DNA from: Actinomycetota bacterium
GTDB taxonomy: Bacteria; Actinomycetota; Actinomycetes; Nanopelagicales; Nanopelagicaceae
Assembly: GCA_947489605.1 (NCBI GenBank)
Contig: CANLEG010000001.1
Location: forward strand, 2,071-66,070
Direction of reading: 5' to 3'
DNA length: 64,000 bases
A program made the position numbers and the translations under genes. Below, piece after piece: positions 9,998 to 20,598 of the stretch. A model generated the notes under the pieces. That model was not told the origin of the DNA. It did not search any database and worked only from the letters and a program-made list of their open reading frames with translations. Position 1 is the stretch's first letter. Each line of letters starts with the position of its first letter.

Positions 9998-12045
9998 GCG
10001 AAAAAAAATCAGAGAAAAGTGTTAAGCCAAAAGGTAAAAAGAAAGTTACCTTCACCAAAGCGCGTGCCCGCAAGGTTCTGCGCGGACCACTCTTCTGGAT
10101 TATTCTCGCCTTAATTCTTGTTAGCTTCTTTGGCCGCCTCTCTTCAAGCGGCGATAAATTCACAAAGGTTGAAACCTCCACAGTTCTTGCAGCAATTTCA
10201 GCAAATAAGGTTGATTCTGTACTTGTAGTAGATCGCGAACAGAAGATTGAAGTTATTTTAAAGCCTGGAAATTATGTTAAAGGTTCAAAGAAGATTTATG
10301 CCTCATACGTTTCAGGTGAAGAACCTCAAATAATTGAACTCTTGACCAGTAACCCACCACCAAATAAGTGGGATGTAAAGGTTGCAACTCAATCAATATT
10401 TGTTTCAATACTATTAAGCATTTTGCCACTCTTATTGATTGGCTTCCTATTACTTCTCTTTATGGGAAATGCTCAAGGCGGAAACCGAGTCTTCTCATTT
10501 GGAAAATCAAAAGCAAAGCTACAAACAAAAGAGATGCCAAAAAATACCTTTGCTGATGTAGCGGGTGCAGACGAAGCGGTGGCAGAGCTAACTGAGATAA
10601 AAGATTTCTTAGCAGCCCCACAGAAATATCAAGATATTGGTGCAAAAATTCCCAAGGGCGTTCTGCTTTATGGTCCACCAGGAACGGGTAAAACACTGTT
10701 AGCGCGCGCAGTTGCTGGTGAAGCAAATGTTCCGTTCTATTCCATTTCAGGTTCTGAGTTTGTCGAAATGTTTGTCGGAGTCGGTGCTTCCAGAGTTCGT
10801 GATTTGTTTGCGCAGGCAAAAGCAAATGCGCCAGCAATTATTTTTGTTGATGAAATTGATGCAGTAGGTCGCCAACGTGGAGCTGGACTTGGTGGCGGAC
10901 ATGATGAACGCGAACAAACACTGAACCAGTTATTAGTCGAGATGGATGGTTTTGAAGCTAACGGCCAAGTTATTTTGATTGCTGCGACTAACAGACCAGA
11001 TGTTCTGGATCCAGCGCTGCTTCGCCCAGGAAGATTTGATCGGCAGATCCCCGTTGATCGTCCGGACTTAAAGGGCCGCACCGCAATTCTTGAAGTTCAT
11101 GCAAAGAATAAGCCTGTTGCAAAGTCAGTTAAATTAGCGGATTTTGCAAAGCGCACACCAGGATTCACTGGAGCAGATCTAGCAAATGTATTAAACGAAG
11201 CTGCGCTACTTACCGCTCGTGAGAATGCAAAGGTAATTACAAATGCCGCGTTAGATGAAGCAATTGATCGAGTTATGGCTGGCCCACAACGTAAGACCAG
11301 ATTAATGACTGAAGAAGAGCGCCGTATAACCGCTTACCACGAAGGTGGCCACGCATTAGTTGCACATGCACTTCCACATACCGATCCAGTTCATAAAATT
11401 ACAATCATGCCTCGCGGTCGTGCACTTGGTTACACAATGATTCTGCCCGATGAAGATCGATATGCGACAACGCGAAATCAGATGCTTGATCAACTTGCAT
11501 ATTCATTGGGTGGTCGCGCAGCAGAAGAACTTATTTTTCATGATCCAACTACTGGCGCATCAAATGATATTGAGAAAGCAACAAATCTAGCTCGCGCTAT
11601 GGTTACGCAATATGGAATGACTGAGCGAATTGGTGCAATCAAACTTGGCATCAGTGAAGGTGAACCATTTCTTGGACGTAATTATGGACATCAGCGGGAT
11701 TATTCAGAAGAAATTGCTGGAATTATCGATGGCGAAATTCGTAATTTAATTGAGAATGCACATCAAGAAGCTTACGAAATTCTTGTTGCAAATCGCGATA
11801 TTCTTGATGATTTGGTAGAAGTACTTCTCGAAAAAGAGACGCTTCTTAAAGATGAAATCGAAAAGATTTTTAAGAAAGTTAGATTAGTTTCGAGGCGCCC
11901 GGCATGGACTGGTTCAGAATTACGTAAACCAAGTACTCAGCCACCGGTTGCACTTTCTCCTGCGAAACCACAGGTTCCGGTAATTGAAGAAGAAGCAAAA
12001 ATTGAACGGAAACCAAGAAAGAAAGCAACACCACCAAGTGAATGA
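9994..12045 (+). CDS. ftsH: ATP-dependent zinc metalloprotease FtsH
   Basis: 2 [27 protein letters not shown]. Confidence 0.98.
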   Translation: MSEKKSEKSVKPKGKKKVTFTKARARKVLRGPLFWIILALILVSFFGRLSSSGDKFTKVETSTVLAAISANKVDSVLVVDREQKIEVILKPGNYVKGSKKIYASYVSGEEPQIIELLTSNPPPNKWDVKVATQSIFVSILLSILPLLLIGFLLLLFMGNAQGGNRVFSFGKSKAKLQTKEMPKNTFADVAGADEAVAELTEIKDFLAAPQKYQDIGAKIPKGVLLYGPPGTGKTLLARAVAGEANVPFYSISGSEFVEMFVGVGASRVRDLFAQAKANAPAIIFVDEIDAVGRQRGAGLGGGHDEREQTLNQLLVEMDGFEANGQVILIAATNRPDVLDPALLRPGRFDRQIPVDRPDLKGRTAILEVHAKNKPVAKSVKLADFAKRTPGFTGADLANVLNEAALLTARENAKVITNAALDEAIDRVMAGPQRKTRLMTEEERRITAYHEGGHALVAHALPHTDPVHKITIMPRGRALGYTMILPDEDRYATTRNQMLDQLAYSLGGRAAEELIFHDPTTGASNDIEKATNLARAMVTQYGMTERIGAIKLGISEGEPFLGRNYGHQRDYSEEIAGIIDGEIRNLIENAHQEAYEILVANRDILDDLVEVLLEKETLLKDEIEKIFKKVRLVSRRPAWTGSELRKPSTQPPVALSPAKPQVPVIEEEAKIERKPRKKATPPSE

Positions 12046-12661
12046 CATAACTCCAGTTTCAATGGGACCACACGATGGTGGTGCCAAACGAGAGTTTGAT
12101 CAGGCACGTGCAGAAAAAGCTATATCAGAACTGCTTATTGCAATTGGTGAAGATCCAGAGCGTGAAGGACTTCGTGATACACCTGGTCGTGTTGCACGGG
12201 CGCTTAAGGAAAATTTTGCAGGGCTTTGGCAAAACCCAGAAGAAGTTTTATCAACAACATTCGATATTGGTCATCGCGAATTAGTAATCGTTAGGGATAT
12301 CGAAGTTTTTTCTCATTGCGAACACCACTTAACGCCGTTCCATGGCCGTGCGCATATTGGTTATATTCCGGGAGAGCGCGGACAGATAACTGGACTTTCA
12401 AAGCTTGCAAGGTTGGTAGATGTTTATGCAAAGCGTCCACAAGTTCAAGAAAGATTAACTTCACAAATCGCCGATGCAATGGTCGAAGTATTAAATCCTG
12501 CAGGTGTAATTGTTGTAATTGATTGTGAGCACTTGTGTATGTCTATGCGCGGGGTTCGCAAATCTGAAGCAAAAACTATTACGAGTGCAGTCCGTGGACA
12601 ATTGCGGGATCCAGCAACTCGCGCCGAGGCTATGAGCCTTATAACTTCAAACAATCGATAA
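12038..12661 (+). CDS. folE: GTP cyclohydrolase I
   Basis: [31 protein letters not shown]; GTG 12038 is the likely start. Confidence 0.96.
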   Translation: MNDITPVSMGPHDGGAKREFDQARAEKAISELLIAIGEDPEREGLRDTPGRVARALKENFAGLWQNPEEVLSTTFDIGHRELVIVRDIEVFSHCEHHLTPFHGRAHIGYIPGERGQITGLSKLARLVDVYAKRPQVQERLTSQIADAMVEVLNPAGVIVVIDCEHLCMSMRGVRKSEAKTITSAVRGQLRDPATRAEAMSLITSNNR

Positions 12662-12662
12662 C

Positions 12663-13466
12663 ATGAACAACGAGCGCACCCTAGTAATGGGGATTTTAAA
12701 TGTAACTCCAGATTCTTTTGCTGATGGTGGGCGACATTTTGATTTCGAATCTGCAATTAATCGCGCAAAAGAGATGATCTCCGAAGGCGTTGACATCATT
12801 GATGTTGGTGGCGAATCAACTAGGCCAGGTGCGGATCGAGTTAGTGAAGAGACTGAACGTGATCGCGTAATTCCAGTAATTACCGAACTAGCCGAACTGG
12901 GGGTAACTCTTAGTATTGATACAACCCGCGCAAATATTGCACAAGCAGCAATTGGCGCCGGAGCAACAATTGTTAATGACGTAAGTGGTGGTTTGGCTGA
13001 TCCAAAAATGGCAGCAATTATTTCGGGCAATCCAGCAGTTCAATATGTCGTAATGCATTGGCGTGGCCACTCAAAAGATATGCAGAAAGCAGCGGAATAC
13101 AAGAATGTAGTAAGTGAAGTTAAGGAAGAACTTGATGATCGAGTTATTGCGTTAACCAAAGCCGGAATTTTACCGGAGCAAATAATTCTGGATCCAGGTA
13201 TTGGATTCGCAAAATCATCGGAGCACAACTGGGAACTTCTTAAGAATATTGATCGGTTAAATCTCTTAGGTTTCCCAATATTAGTTGGGGCCTCCCGCAA
13301 ACGTTTTCTCGGTGACCTGCTTGGTGCTTCAGTCGCAGATGATCGAGAATCTGCATCAATTGCACTTACAACCTACTTGGCCAAGTCGGGAGTCTGGGGA
13401 GTCCGAACACATTCAGTTAAACCACATCGTGATGCAATTGCTGTTGTTGAGGAGATGCGCAAATGA
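12663..13466 (+). CDS. folP: Dihydropteroate synthase
   Basis: GILNVTPDSF, GGESTRPG, DPGIGF, SRKRF. Confidence 0.97.
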   Translation: MNNERTLVMGILNVTPDSFADGGRHFDFESAINRAKEMISEGVDIIDVGGESTRPGADRVSEETERDRVIPVITELAELGVTLSIDTTRANIAQAAIGAGATIVNDVSGGLADPKMAAIISGNPAVQYVVMHWRGHSKDMQKAAEYKNVVSEVKEELDDRVIALTKAGILPEQIILDPGIGFAKSSEHNWELLKNIDRLNLLGFPILVGASRKRFLGDLLGASVADDRESASIALTTYLAKSGVWGVRTHSVKPHRDAIAVVEEMRK

Positions 13467-13825
13467 GCGATCAGATATCTCTTACTGGAATTTCAGCAAC
13501 TGGGTTTCATGGCGTATTTCCAGAAGAACGTCGCGATGGCCAAAATTTTATAGTTGATGTAATTCTTAAATTTGATTTAGTACCAGCAGGTGAGAGTGAT
13601 GATTTAACCAAGACGGTTAACTATGCAACAGTTGCTGAAGCTGTTGTTGAAGAGATAACTGGCGAACCAGTTTCATTAATAGAAGCTCTGGCTACCCAAA
13701 TTAGCAACCGTTTACTCGCCGATTTTCCACTCGTTGTATCAGTTGTTGTAACGGTTCATAAACCGAGCGCACCGGTAGATGTTAAATTTACAGATATCGC
13801 GGTGACGATTGAACGACATAGATGA
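13463..13825 (+). CDS. folB: Dihydroneopterin aldolase
   Basis: GFHGV..EERRDGQ, TVNY, LIEALA, VHKP. Confidence 0.96.
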   Translation: MSDQISLTGISATGFHGVFPEERRDGQNFIVDVILKFDLVPAGESDDLTKTVNYATVAEAVVEEITGEPVSLIEALATQISNRLLADFPLVVSVVVTVHKPSAPVDVKFTDIAVTIERHR

Positions 13826-14265
13826 GAGCAGTAATAGCACTTGGTTCTAACCTTGGAAATCGTGAATTAAATATTGATAGTGCAATTGCTGAGTTGGCCA
13901 AAATTATTGAAATCACTCATCTTTCAACTAATCACGAAACCGATCCAGTTGGCGGTCCGGAGCAGCCAAAGTATTTAAATGCAGTATTGATTGCAGAAAC
14001 CCAACTAGATCCGCATGAACTACTTATTTCCATGTTAGAGATTGAAAACAAACTGGGCCGAAAACGTGAGATCCATTGGGGGCCTAGAACTATTGATTTG
14101 GATTTAATCGTCGTTGGTGATGAAGTTGTCGTTTCAGATGTGCTCGTATTGCCACACCCAAGAGCTCATGAACGTAAATTCGTTTTAGAACCTTGGCTTG
14201 AAATTGACCCAACCGCGCAGATTCCTGGACTTGGTCTGGTTGAAAGCATTTTGCAACGAATCTAA
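13822..14265 (+). CDS. folK: HPPK (2-amino-4-hydroxy-6-hydroxymethyldihydropteridine diphosphokinase)
   Basis: ALGSNLG, WGPRTIDLDL, LPHPR. Confidence 0.97.
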   Translation: MRAVIALGSNLGNRELNIDSAIAELAKIIEITHLSTNHETDPVGGPEQPKYLNAVLIAETQLDPHELLISMLEIENKLGRKREIHWGPRTIDLDLIVVGDEVVVSDVLVLPHPRAHERKFVLEPWLEIDPTAQIPGLGLVESILQRI

Positions 14266-14274
14266 TTCGCCCTG

Positions 14275-14317
14275 TAACCTATAGACCACGAGCCCGGTAC
14301 CCGGAAAGGACTGGAGC
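14275..14317 (+). promoter_or_regulatory. Putative -10 (TAACCT) plus short hairpin leader covering the panC RBS
   Basis: CCGGT 14294-14298 can pair with ACTGG 14310-14314, enclosing CC-GGAAA-GG; includes the AAAGGA RBS. Confidence 0.45.
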
Positions 14318-15124
14318 ATGGATCTTGAACTAAATCACCCAGTAGCCCTGGTTCCAACTATGGGCGCGCTTCATGCTGGCCACGCATCGCTAATTGAACT
14401 TGCAAAAAAACATAGCGAAGAAGTTGTAGTAAGTATTTTTGTAAATCCATTGCAATTTGAAAATCCCAATGATTTCTCCAACTATCCAAAGAGCGTATCT
14501 GCAGACATTGAATTAGCTAAGGCAAGCGGCGCAACTAAAATCTGGGTACCAACTTTTGAAGAGATTTATCCTGGGGATCCAGAAATTATTGCTTCTGGTG
14601 AAATTGGAAATATCTTTGAAGGAGTCCACAGATTCGGACATTTTGACGGCATGCTCACCGTAGTAAAAAGATTATTTGATTTAGTTCAACCGAAATGCGC
14701 AGTTTTCGGCGAGAAAGATTTTCAACAACTTTTCCTAATTAAAAAAATGGTTGCACAATTCAACTTGCCTATTGAAGTTATTTCGGCACCAACTATTCGT
14801 GAAGCAAGTGGCTTAGCAATGTCTTCCCGAAATCAAAAGCTGTCGGTTTCCGAGCGAGATAACGCTGCAGGAATATACAAAGCTCTTAACTTAGCTAATT
14901 CGACGCCAGATTTAGCGACTGCTAGATCACAGTTGACCAAAGGGATTTTAGCTATTCCGAACTTCCTTCTAGATTATGCAGAGATAATTGATGGCGATAA
15001 CTTCTCAATTGCCAATGATTCAACATCAAATTCCCGAGCAATTATCGCTGGTTGGATAAATGGCATCAGATTGATAGACAATATGGTCATGTCCAACTGG
15101 TCTAATTTAGGTAATTCCAAATGA
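14318..15124 (+). CDS. panC: Pantoate-beta-alanine ligase
   Basis: PTMGALHAGH, FVNPLQF, FGEKDFQQ, GLAMSSRN, RLIDN. Confidence 0.97.
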   Translation: MDLELNHPVALVPTMGALHAGHASLIELAKKHSEEVVVSIFVNPLQFENPNDFSNYPKSVSADIELAKASGATKIWVPTFEEIYPGDPEIIASGEIGNIFEGVHRFGHFDGMLTVVKRLFDLVQPKCAVFGEKDFQQLFLIKKMVAQFNLPIEVISAPTIREASGLAMSSRNQKLSVSERDNAAGIYKALNLANSTPDLATARSQLTKGILAIPNFLLDYAEIIDGDNFSIANDSTSNSRAIIAGWINGIRLIDNMVMSNWSNLGNSK

Positions 15125-16731
15125 AATTACTCGCGGGCAGACCAGGATGGACAGTAACGGCTGATGTAATTGTGATTGGCTCTGGTGTTGCTGGATTAAC
15201 GACCGCACTAAATTTACGGTCAAGCAACTTATCTGTTTTGTTGGTGACAAAAGCAAAGATTGATGAAGGTTCAACAAAGTGGGCGCAAGGTGGCATTGCT
15301 GCTGCTCTTGGACCGGGCGATACACCAGATCAACATAAGAAAGATACCTTGATCGCTGGCGCCGGATTGTGCGATGGTGAAGCGGTAAATGTTTTAGTAA
15401 CTGAAGGTCCAGAAGCTGTTCGCAAACTCATTGCTCGAGGTGCGGTCTTTGATAAATCAGAGACTGGAGAAATTGCTTTAACGCGAGAAGGTGGACACTT
15501 ACGAAATCGAATTCTGCATGCTGGTGGCGATGCAACAGGTGCCGAAGTTTCAAGAGCTCTACTTGCTGCAGTAAACGGTGATAGTGGAATTGAAGTTATC
15601 GAAAACGCATTAGCGATTGATATTTTGCAGAGTGATGCCGGGGCTGTATGTGGTGTAACACTGCACGTCATTGGTGCCGGAAGTCGAGACGGTGTTGGTC
15701 GGGCGCTTGCTCGCGCAGTTGTAATTGCAACGGGTGGCTTGGGACAGGTTTATGCGCAAACAACTAACCCATCTGTTTCAACCGGTGATGGCGTAGCACT
15801 TGCACTTCGAGCCGGTGCTGAAATCGCTGATGTTGAATTTATTCAATTCCATCCAACAGTTTTATGGCGCGACGATAGTTTGAGTGGGCAACAGCCGTTG
15901 ATTAGTGAAGCAGTCCGCGGTGAAGGTGCAGTTCTTGTAAATGATAAAGGCGTTAGATTTATGAAGGATAAACATCCGCAAGGGGATTTAGCACCACGCG
16001 ATATTGTCGCAATTGAAATATTCAAACAGATGAAAGAAAGTAATTCGCCCCACGTCTGGCTTGATACAACGAAGGTAAAAGATTTTGCAGAGAGATTCCC
16101 AACTATTTTCGCCTCATGCATCGAAAATGGAATTGATCCAAGAAAACAAATGATTCCAGTATCACCTGCTTCACACTATTCATCTGGTGGGGTAAAAGTT
16201 GATCTTGCCGGGCGGACATCTATTCCTGGGCTTTATGCGTGTGGCGAAACAGCCTGCACCGGTGCTCATGGCGCAAACCGTTTAGCTTCGAACTCACTTC
16301 TTGAAGGTTTAGTTTTCGGAACCAGAATTTCAGCAGATATCACAGCAAATATTGCGGAACAAAGTGTGCCCAGTGAAAAAAACTCCACCGAGTTCTTATT
16401 AGATCCTGCTATAAAGATGACACTGCAATTAGCTATGAGCCAAGGCGCGGGCGTAATGCGAAGTGCACAATCTCTTGGTGAAACCCTTACAACACTGAAA
16501 CAACTTTCCACGCATACCAGCGACAAACCTTGTATCGAAGCTTGGGAAGTTTCCAATCTTTATTTGTTAGCAACAGCAATTGCTCAGGCTGCCTTAAAGC
16601 GCGAAGAAACTCGCGGTTCACATTGGCGTAGTGACTTTCCAGAGAGCAGTAATGAATGGGTCAAACGAATAGTCCAAAGCTATGACAATGATGGAATTTG
16701 GCTCTCTAAGTTGGACGAGGTGAAGAAATGA
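15121..16731 (+). CDS. nadB: L-aspartate oxidase
   Basis: GSGVAG FAD site, WAQGGIAA, QFHPT, HGANRLASNSLLE. Confidence 0.96.
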   Translation: MKLLAGRPGWTVTADVIVIGSGVAGLTTALNLRSSNLSVLLVTKAKIDEGSTKWAQGGIAAALGPGDTPDQHKKDTLIAGAGLCDGEAVNVLVTEGPEAVRKLIARGAVFDKSETGEIALTREGGHLRNRILHAGGDATGAEVSRALLAAVNGDSGIEVIENALAIDILQSDAGAVCGVTLHVIGAGSRDGVGRALARAVVIATGGLGQVYAQTTNPSVSTGDGVALALRAGAEIADVEFIQFHPTVLWRDDSLSGQQPLISEAVRGEGAVLVNDKGVRFMKDKHPQGDLAPRDIVAIEIFKQMKESNSPHVWLDTTKVKDFAERFPTIFASCIENGIDPRKQMIPVSPASHYSSGGVKVDLAGRTSIPGLYACGETACTGAHGANRLASNSLLEGLVFGTRISADITANIAEQSVPSEKNSTEFLLDPAIKMTLQLAMSQGAGVMRSAQSLGETLTTLKQLSTHTSDKPCIEAWEVSNLYLLATAIAQAALKREETRGSHWRSDFPESSNEWVKRIVQSYDNDGIWLSKLDEVKK

Positions 16732-17606
16732 CATTTAGTAAAGCTCTGGAAGAATTGCTTGCATCTTCAAAGTTAGATCCAACCGCTCTTGAAAACATTA
16801 TTCGTATTGCCATCGCTGAAGATTTGCATGGGGCATCGGATGTAACTTCGGTAGCCACCATCCCAGAAGAACAATCTGCAGTTGCCGAATTTTGGAACCG
16901 CAAGCCTGGAGTTATTGCTGGCATACCTGTTGTTTGTGCAGTACTAGAAATTTGTGGAATCACTGATTATGAAATTAAGAAGAATGATGGCGAATCCATA
17001 CCAGCCAATTCCTTACTTCTAACTGCAAAGGGAAATACGCAATCCTTACTCCTTGCGGAACGAAGCGCACTCAATTTCTTTGGTCGCTTAAGTGGCATTG
17101 CAACTCTCACTAAGAGTTGGGTAGATGCGGTTGCAGATACTAAAGCTGCAATTCGAGATACTCGAAAAACAACTCCAGGGTTACGTGAACTTGAGAAGTA
17201 TGCGGTCCGAATGGGCGGCGGCGAAAATCACCGTTTCTCACTTTCAGATGCTGCTCTTATAAAAGATAATCACGTGCTTGCTGCAGGTGGCGTAGCAAAT
17301 GCTTTTAACTTAGTAAAAGCGAAATTTCCGAATTTACCGCTCGAAGTTGAAGTTGATTCACTGCAGCAACTTCGCGAAGTAGTCGACGCGGGAGCTGATT
17401 TAGTTTTACTAGACAATATGTCAATTGAAGAGTGTAGGGCCGCTGTAGAAATAGTTGCTGGACGCGCAAAATTAGAAGCATCCGGCGGATTAATTTTGAA
17501 CAATGCTCATGCATATGCAAAAACCGGAGTCGATTATTTGGCTGTTGGCGCACTAACGCATTCTGCGCCAGTTCTGGATATCGGTTTAGATCTGAGAATG
17601 GAGTAA
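16728..17606 (+). CDS. nadC: Quinolinate phosphoribosyltransferase
   Basis: DTRKTTPGLR, NHR.SLSD..LIKDNH, LLDNM, EASGG. Confidence 0.97.
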   Translation: MTFSKALEELLASSKLDPTALENIIRIAIAEDLHGASDVTSVATIPEEQSAVAEFWNRKPGVIAGIPVVCAVLEICGITDYEIKKNDGESIPANSLLLTAKGNTQSLLLAERSALNFFGRLSGIATLTKSWVDAVADTKAAIRDTRKTTPGLRELEKYAVRMGGGENHRFSLSDAALIKDNHVLAAGGVANAFNLVKAKFPNLPLEVEVDSLQQLREVVDAGADLVLLDNMSIEECRAAVEIVAGRAKLEASGGLILNNAHAYAKTGVDYLAVGALTHSAPVLDIGLDLRME

Positions 17607-17608
17607 AT

Positions 17609-18385
17609 ATGTTGCTTGCTATCGATGTCGGAAATACGAATACGGTTCTAGGAGTATTCGAAGAGAAGGCGCTAATTCGAAGTTGGCGGGTTAAGACCGA
17701 CCCTAGGGATACTTCAGATGAGTTATGGATTCGTTACTCCGCACTTGTCGAAGGTTTTGAAATTACCGCACTTGCAATCTGCTCTACCGTCCCAGCAACG
17801 CTTCGGGAACTGCGAACAATGATCACAACTTTTTATCCAGATCTTCAAACCACAATTGTTGAACCAGGTACAAAAACGGGTGTTCCACTTCAGGTTGATA
17901 ATCCAAAAGAAATTGGTGCCGATAGAATTGTTAATACTTTGGCGGCACATGAACTTTATGGTGAAAATGGTCCATGTATCGTCGTTGATTTTGGAACTTC
18001 TACCAATCTCGATGTGGTCTCACCTAAAGGTGAATTTCTTGGTGGCGCACTTGCAGCAGGAATTGAAATTTCAGTTGAAGCACTTGCAGCGCGTGCCGCA
18101 CAACTGCGCCGTGTGGAATTAGTAACTCCGAGAAATGTTATTGGCAAAAATACAGTTGAAGCACTTCAGTCTGGAACAATTTATGGTTTCGCAGGACAAG
18201 TTGATGGCTTGGTTAATCGCATTACTGACGAACTAATAAAACTTTATCCAGATTCTGGTGAAGTAAGCGTTATTGCAACTGGTGGTTTGGCGCCGCTAGT
18301 TATAGGAGTCAGTGACACTATTGATTTCCATGAGCCAGATTTGACCCTAATCGGACTTCGACTAGTTCACGAACGCAATTCTTAA
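17609..18385 (+). CDS. coaX: Type III pantothenate kinase
   Basis: DVGNTNT, IGADR, VDFGT, ATGGLA. Confidence 0.96.
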   Translation: MLLAIDVGNTNTVLGVFEEKALIRSWRVKTDPRDTSDELWIRYSALVEGFEITALAICSTVPATLRELRTMITTFYPDLQTTIVEPGTKTGVPLQVDNPKEIGADRIVNTLAAHELYGENGPCIVVDFGTSTNLDVVSPKGEFLGGALAAGIEISVEALAARAAQLRRVELVTPRNVIGKNTVEALQSGTIYGFAGQVDGLVNRITDELIKLYPDSGEVSVIATGGLAPLVIGVSDTIDFHEPDLTLIGLRLVHERNS

Positions 18386-18414
18386 CCCACGCAAAGGATA
18401 GACTTACTCACCTT

Positions 18415-19938
18415 ATGAGCGAAAAAACTAACTCTCAGAATCCACCAGTTGCAGAAGCAGATGATCTGCCAGAACAACTTCGGATTCGTAGAGAAAAACG
18501 AGCCGCGATTATTGAGCGCGGAACCGAGCCATATCCAGTAGAAGTGCCACGAACCAAAAGCATTAAAGAGATTCGCGAAACACATAAAGATTTAGCAATT
18601 GATGTTGCAACTGGAATTATTGAAAGCATTGCTGGGCGCATCATATTTAAGCGAGATACCGGAAAATTATGTTTCGCAACTGTTCGCGAAGGCGATGGAA
18701 CAGAAATTCAAGCGATGTTCTCTCTCGATAAAGTTGGCGAGGATGTTTTAAATCTTTGGAAATCAGATGTTGATCTAGGCGATCTAGTCAGCGTTACGGG
18801 TGAAGTAATTACTTCAAAACGTGGCGAGCTTTCAATTCTTGCTTCAAGTTGGAAGATGGCATCCAAGTCACTTCGCCCACTTCCGGTAGAACACAAGCCA
18901 CTGTCCGAAGAGACCAGAGTTCGAATGCGATATGTGGATTTGATTGTCCGTCCCGAAGCCCGAACAAATGCGAGATTGCGTCCCAACGTAATGCGTGCGC
19001 TTCGTGAAACTTTTCATGGCCGAGGATTTGTCGAAGTAGAAACACCAATGCTCCAAGTTATGCATGGTGGCGCAACTGCCCGACCATTTAAAACATCAAG
19101 TAATGCCTACGACATGGAACTCTTCCTGCGAATTGCGCCAGAACTTTTTCTTAAGCGATGTGTAGTTGGCGGAATTGAACGGGTCTTCGAGATAAATCGT
19201 AACTTCAGAAATGAAGGTGCCGATTCAAGCCATTCACCAGAATTTGCGATGATTGAAAGTTATGAAGCGTATGGAGATTGGAATTCAATTGCTGCATTAA
19301 CTCGTCAACTTGTCCAAGATGCAGCACTTGCAACTTCAGGCAGCCACGTCGTTACTCATCATGATGGCCGAGAAGTAAACCTTGGCGGAAAATGGGAAGA
19401 AGCATCGCTATTTGATTTGCTTTCAAAAGGCGTTGGCCAAGAAGTAACAGCGCTTACCCCGCGGGCAGAACTAGTGAAAATCGCTGAAAAACTAGGTATG
19501 AAAATTGATCCAAAGTGGATTACTGGAAAGTTAGCGGAAGAAATTTTTGAACAGGTATCTGCAGATAAATTAGTGGGGCCCATTTTTGTTAAGGGTTATC
19601 CAATTGATACTTCACCGCTAGTTCGTGCTCACCGCGAAGTGCCGGGGATTGCTGAAAAGTGGGATTTGTATATTGATGGCTTCGAACTTGCAACTGGTTA
19701 TTCAGAGTTAATTGATCCGGTGATTCAACGTGAACGTTTAATCGAACAAGCCGCACTTGGCTCTAAGGGTGATCTTGAAGCAATGCAGATTGATGAAGAT
19801 TTCTTACGTGCAATGGAATATGCAATGCCACCGATGGGGGGCATGGGAATGGGAGTCGATCGCTTGTTGATGGCACTAACTGGACTTGGTATTCGCGAAA
19901 CAATTCTCTTTCCATTAGTTAAGCCAGAAGAGTCTTAA
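18415..19938 (+). CDS. lysS: Lysyl-tRNA synthetase (class II)
   Basis: LRIAPEL, NFRNEG..SHSPEF, YAMPP.GGMGMGVDRL. Confidence 0.98.
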   Translation: MSEKTNSQNPPVAEADDLPEQLRIRREKRAAIIERGTEPYPVEVPRTKSIKEIRETHKDLAIDVATGIIESIAGRIIFKRDTGKLCFATVREGDGTEIQAMFSLDKVGEDVLNLWKSDVDLGDLVSVTGEVITSKRGELSILASSWKMASKSLRPLPVEHKPLSEETRVRMRYVDLIVRPEARTNARLRPNVMRALRETFHGRGFVEVETPMLQVMHGGATARPFKTSSNAYDMELFLRIAPELFLKRCVVGGIERVFEINRNFRNEGADSSHSPEFAMIESYEAYGDWNSIAALTRQLVQDAALATSGSHVVTHHDGREVNLGGKWEEASLFDLLSKGVGQEVTALTPRAELVKIAEKLGMKIDPKWITGKLAEEIFEQVSADKLVGPIFVKGYPIDTSPLVRAHREVPGIAEKWDLYIDGFELATGYSELIDPVIQRERLIEQAALGSKGDLEAMQIDEDFLRAMEYAMPPMGGMGMGVDRLLMALTGLGIRETILFPLVKPEES

Positions 19939-19941
19939 TTG

Positions 19942-20439
19942 ATGTCCACAATAATTCGTGCAGCCCGAACTTCGGATATCAAAGGTATTCGCGCAATCAT
20001 TGACGAATATGCAGCTGGTCGCAGACTTCTTACGAAAGAAACCGTAACGCTCTATGAAAGTGTTCAAGAATTTACCGTCGCCGAAATTTCTGGAAAGATT
20101 GTGGGCTGCGGCGCAGTTCACGTTCTGTGGGAAGATTTAGCGGAAGTACGCTCTGTTGCAGTCGATCAAAGTCTTCGTGGTCAGGGTGTAGGTCATGGAA
20201 TTCTTGAAGTGTTAATCAAGAGAGCGGCCGAACTTGGAGTGAAAAGAATTTTCTGTCTGACATTTGAAACCGATTTTTTTGGAAGACATGGCTTTAAAGA
20301 AATCCAAGGGACTCCCGTCTCACCCGATGTTTATGGCGAACTCCTACATTCGTACGACAGCGGAATTGCAGAATTCTTGGATCTGGAAAGCGTCAAGCCA
20401 AATACCCTGGGTAACACCCGGATGCTCCTGACCCTTTAA
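19942..20439 (+). CDS. argA: Short GNAT amino-acid N-acetyltransferase (ArgA-like)
   Basis: GCGAVHVLWEDLAEVRSVAV, FCLTFETDFF, KPNTLGNTRM. Confidence 0.8.
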   Translation: MSTIIRAARTSDIKGIRAIIDEYAAGRRLLTKETVTLYESVQEFTVAEISGKIVGCGAVHVLWEDLAEVRSVAVDQSLRGQGVGHGILEVLIKRAAELGVKRIFCLTFETDFFGRHGFKEIQGTPVSPDVYGELLHSYDSGIAEFLDLESVKPNTLGNTRMLLTL

Positions 20440-20598
20440 CCACCACACTAGCCACCAGAAAAACCACTAAATATTGTGGCAATTCTCAGTTTTTCGGGCA
20501 TAAATAGGGGCAATATTCGGTTAGCCTCATTACAGACCTTCGCATTAGAGTTGGACTATTAATTCAAGTAGCTGTTAGAAACCTGAAAGGCGGAACCG

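Noticed and set aside
20440-20598. Possible sRNA, small ORF or ClgR site upstream of clpC
   Set aside because: No convincing stem, ORF or full CGC-N5-GCG palindrome; only a plausible TAGAGT -10 and an RBS.
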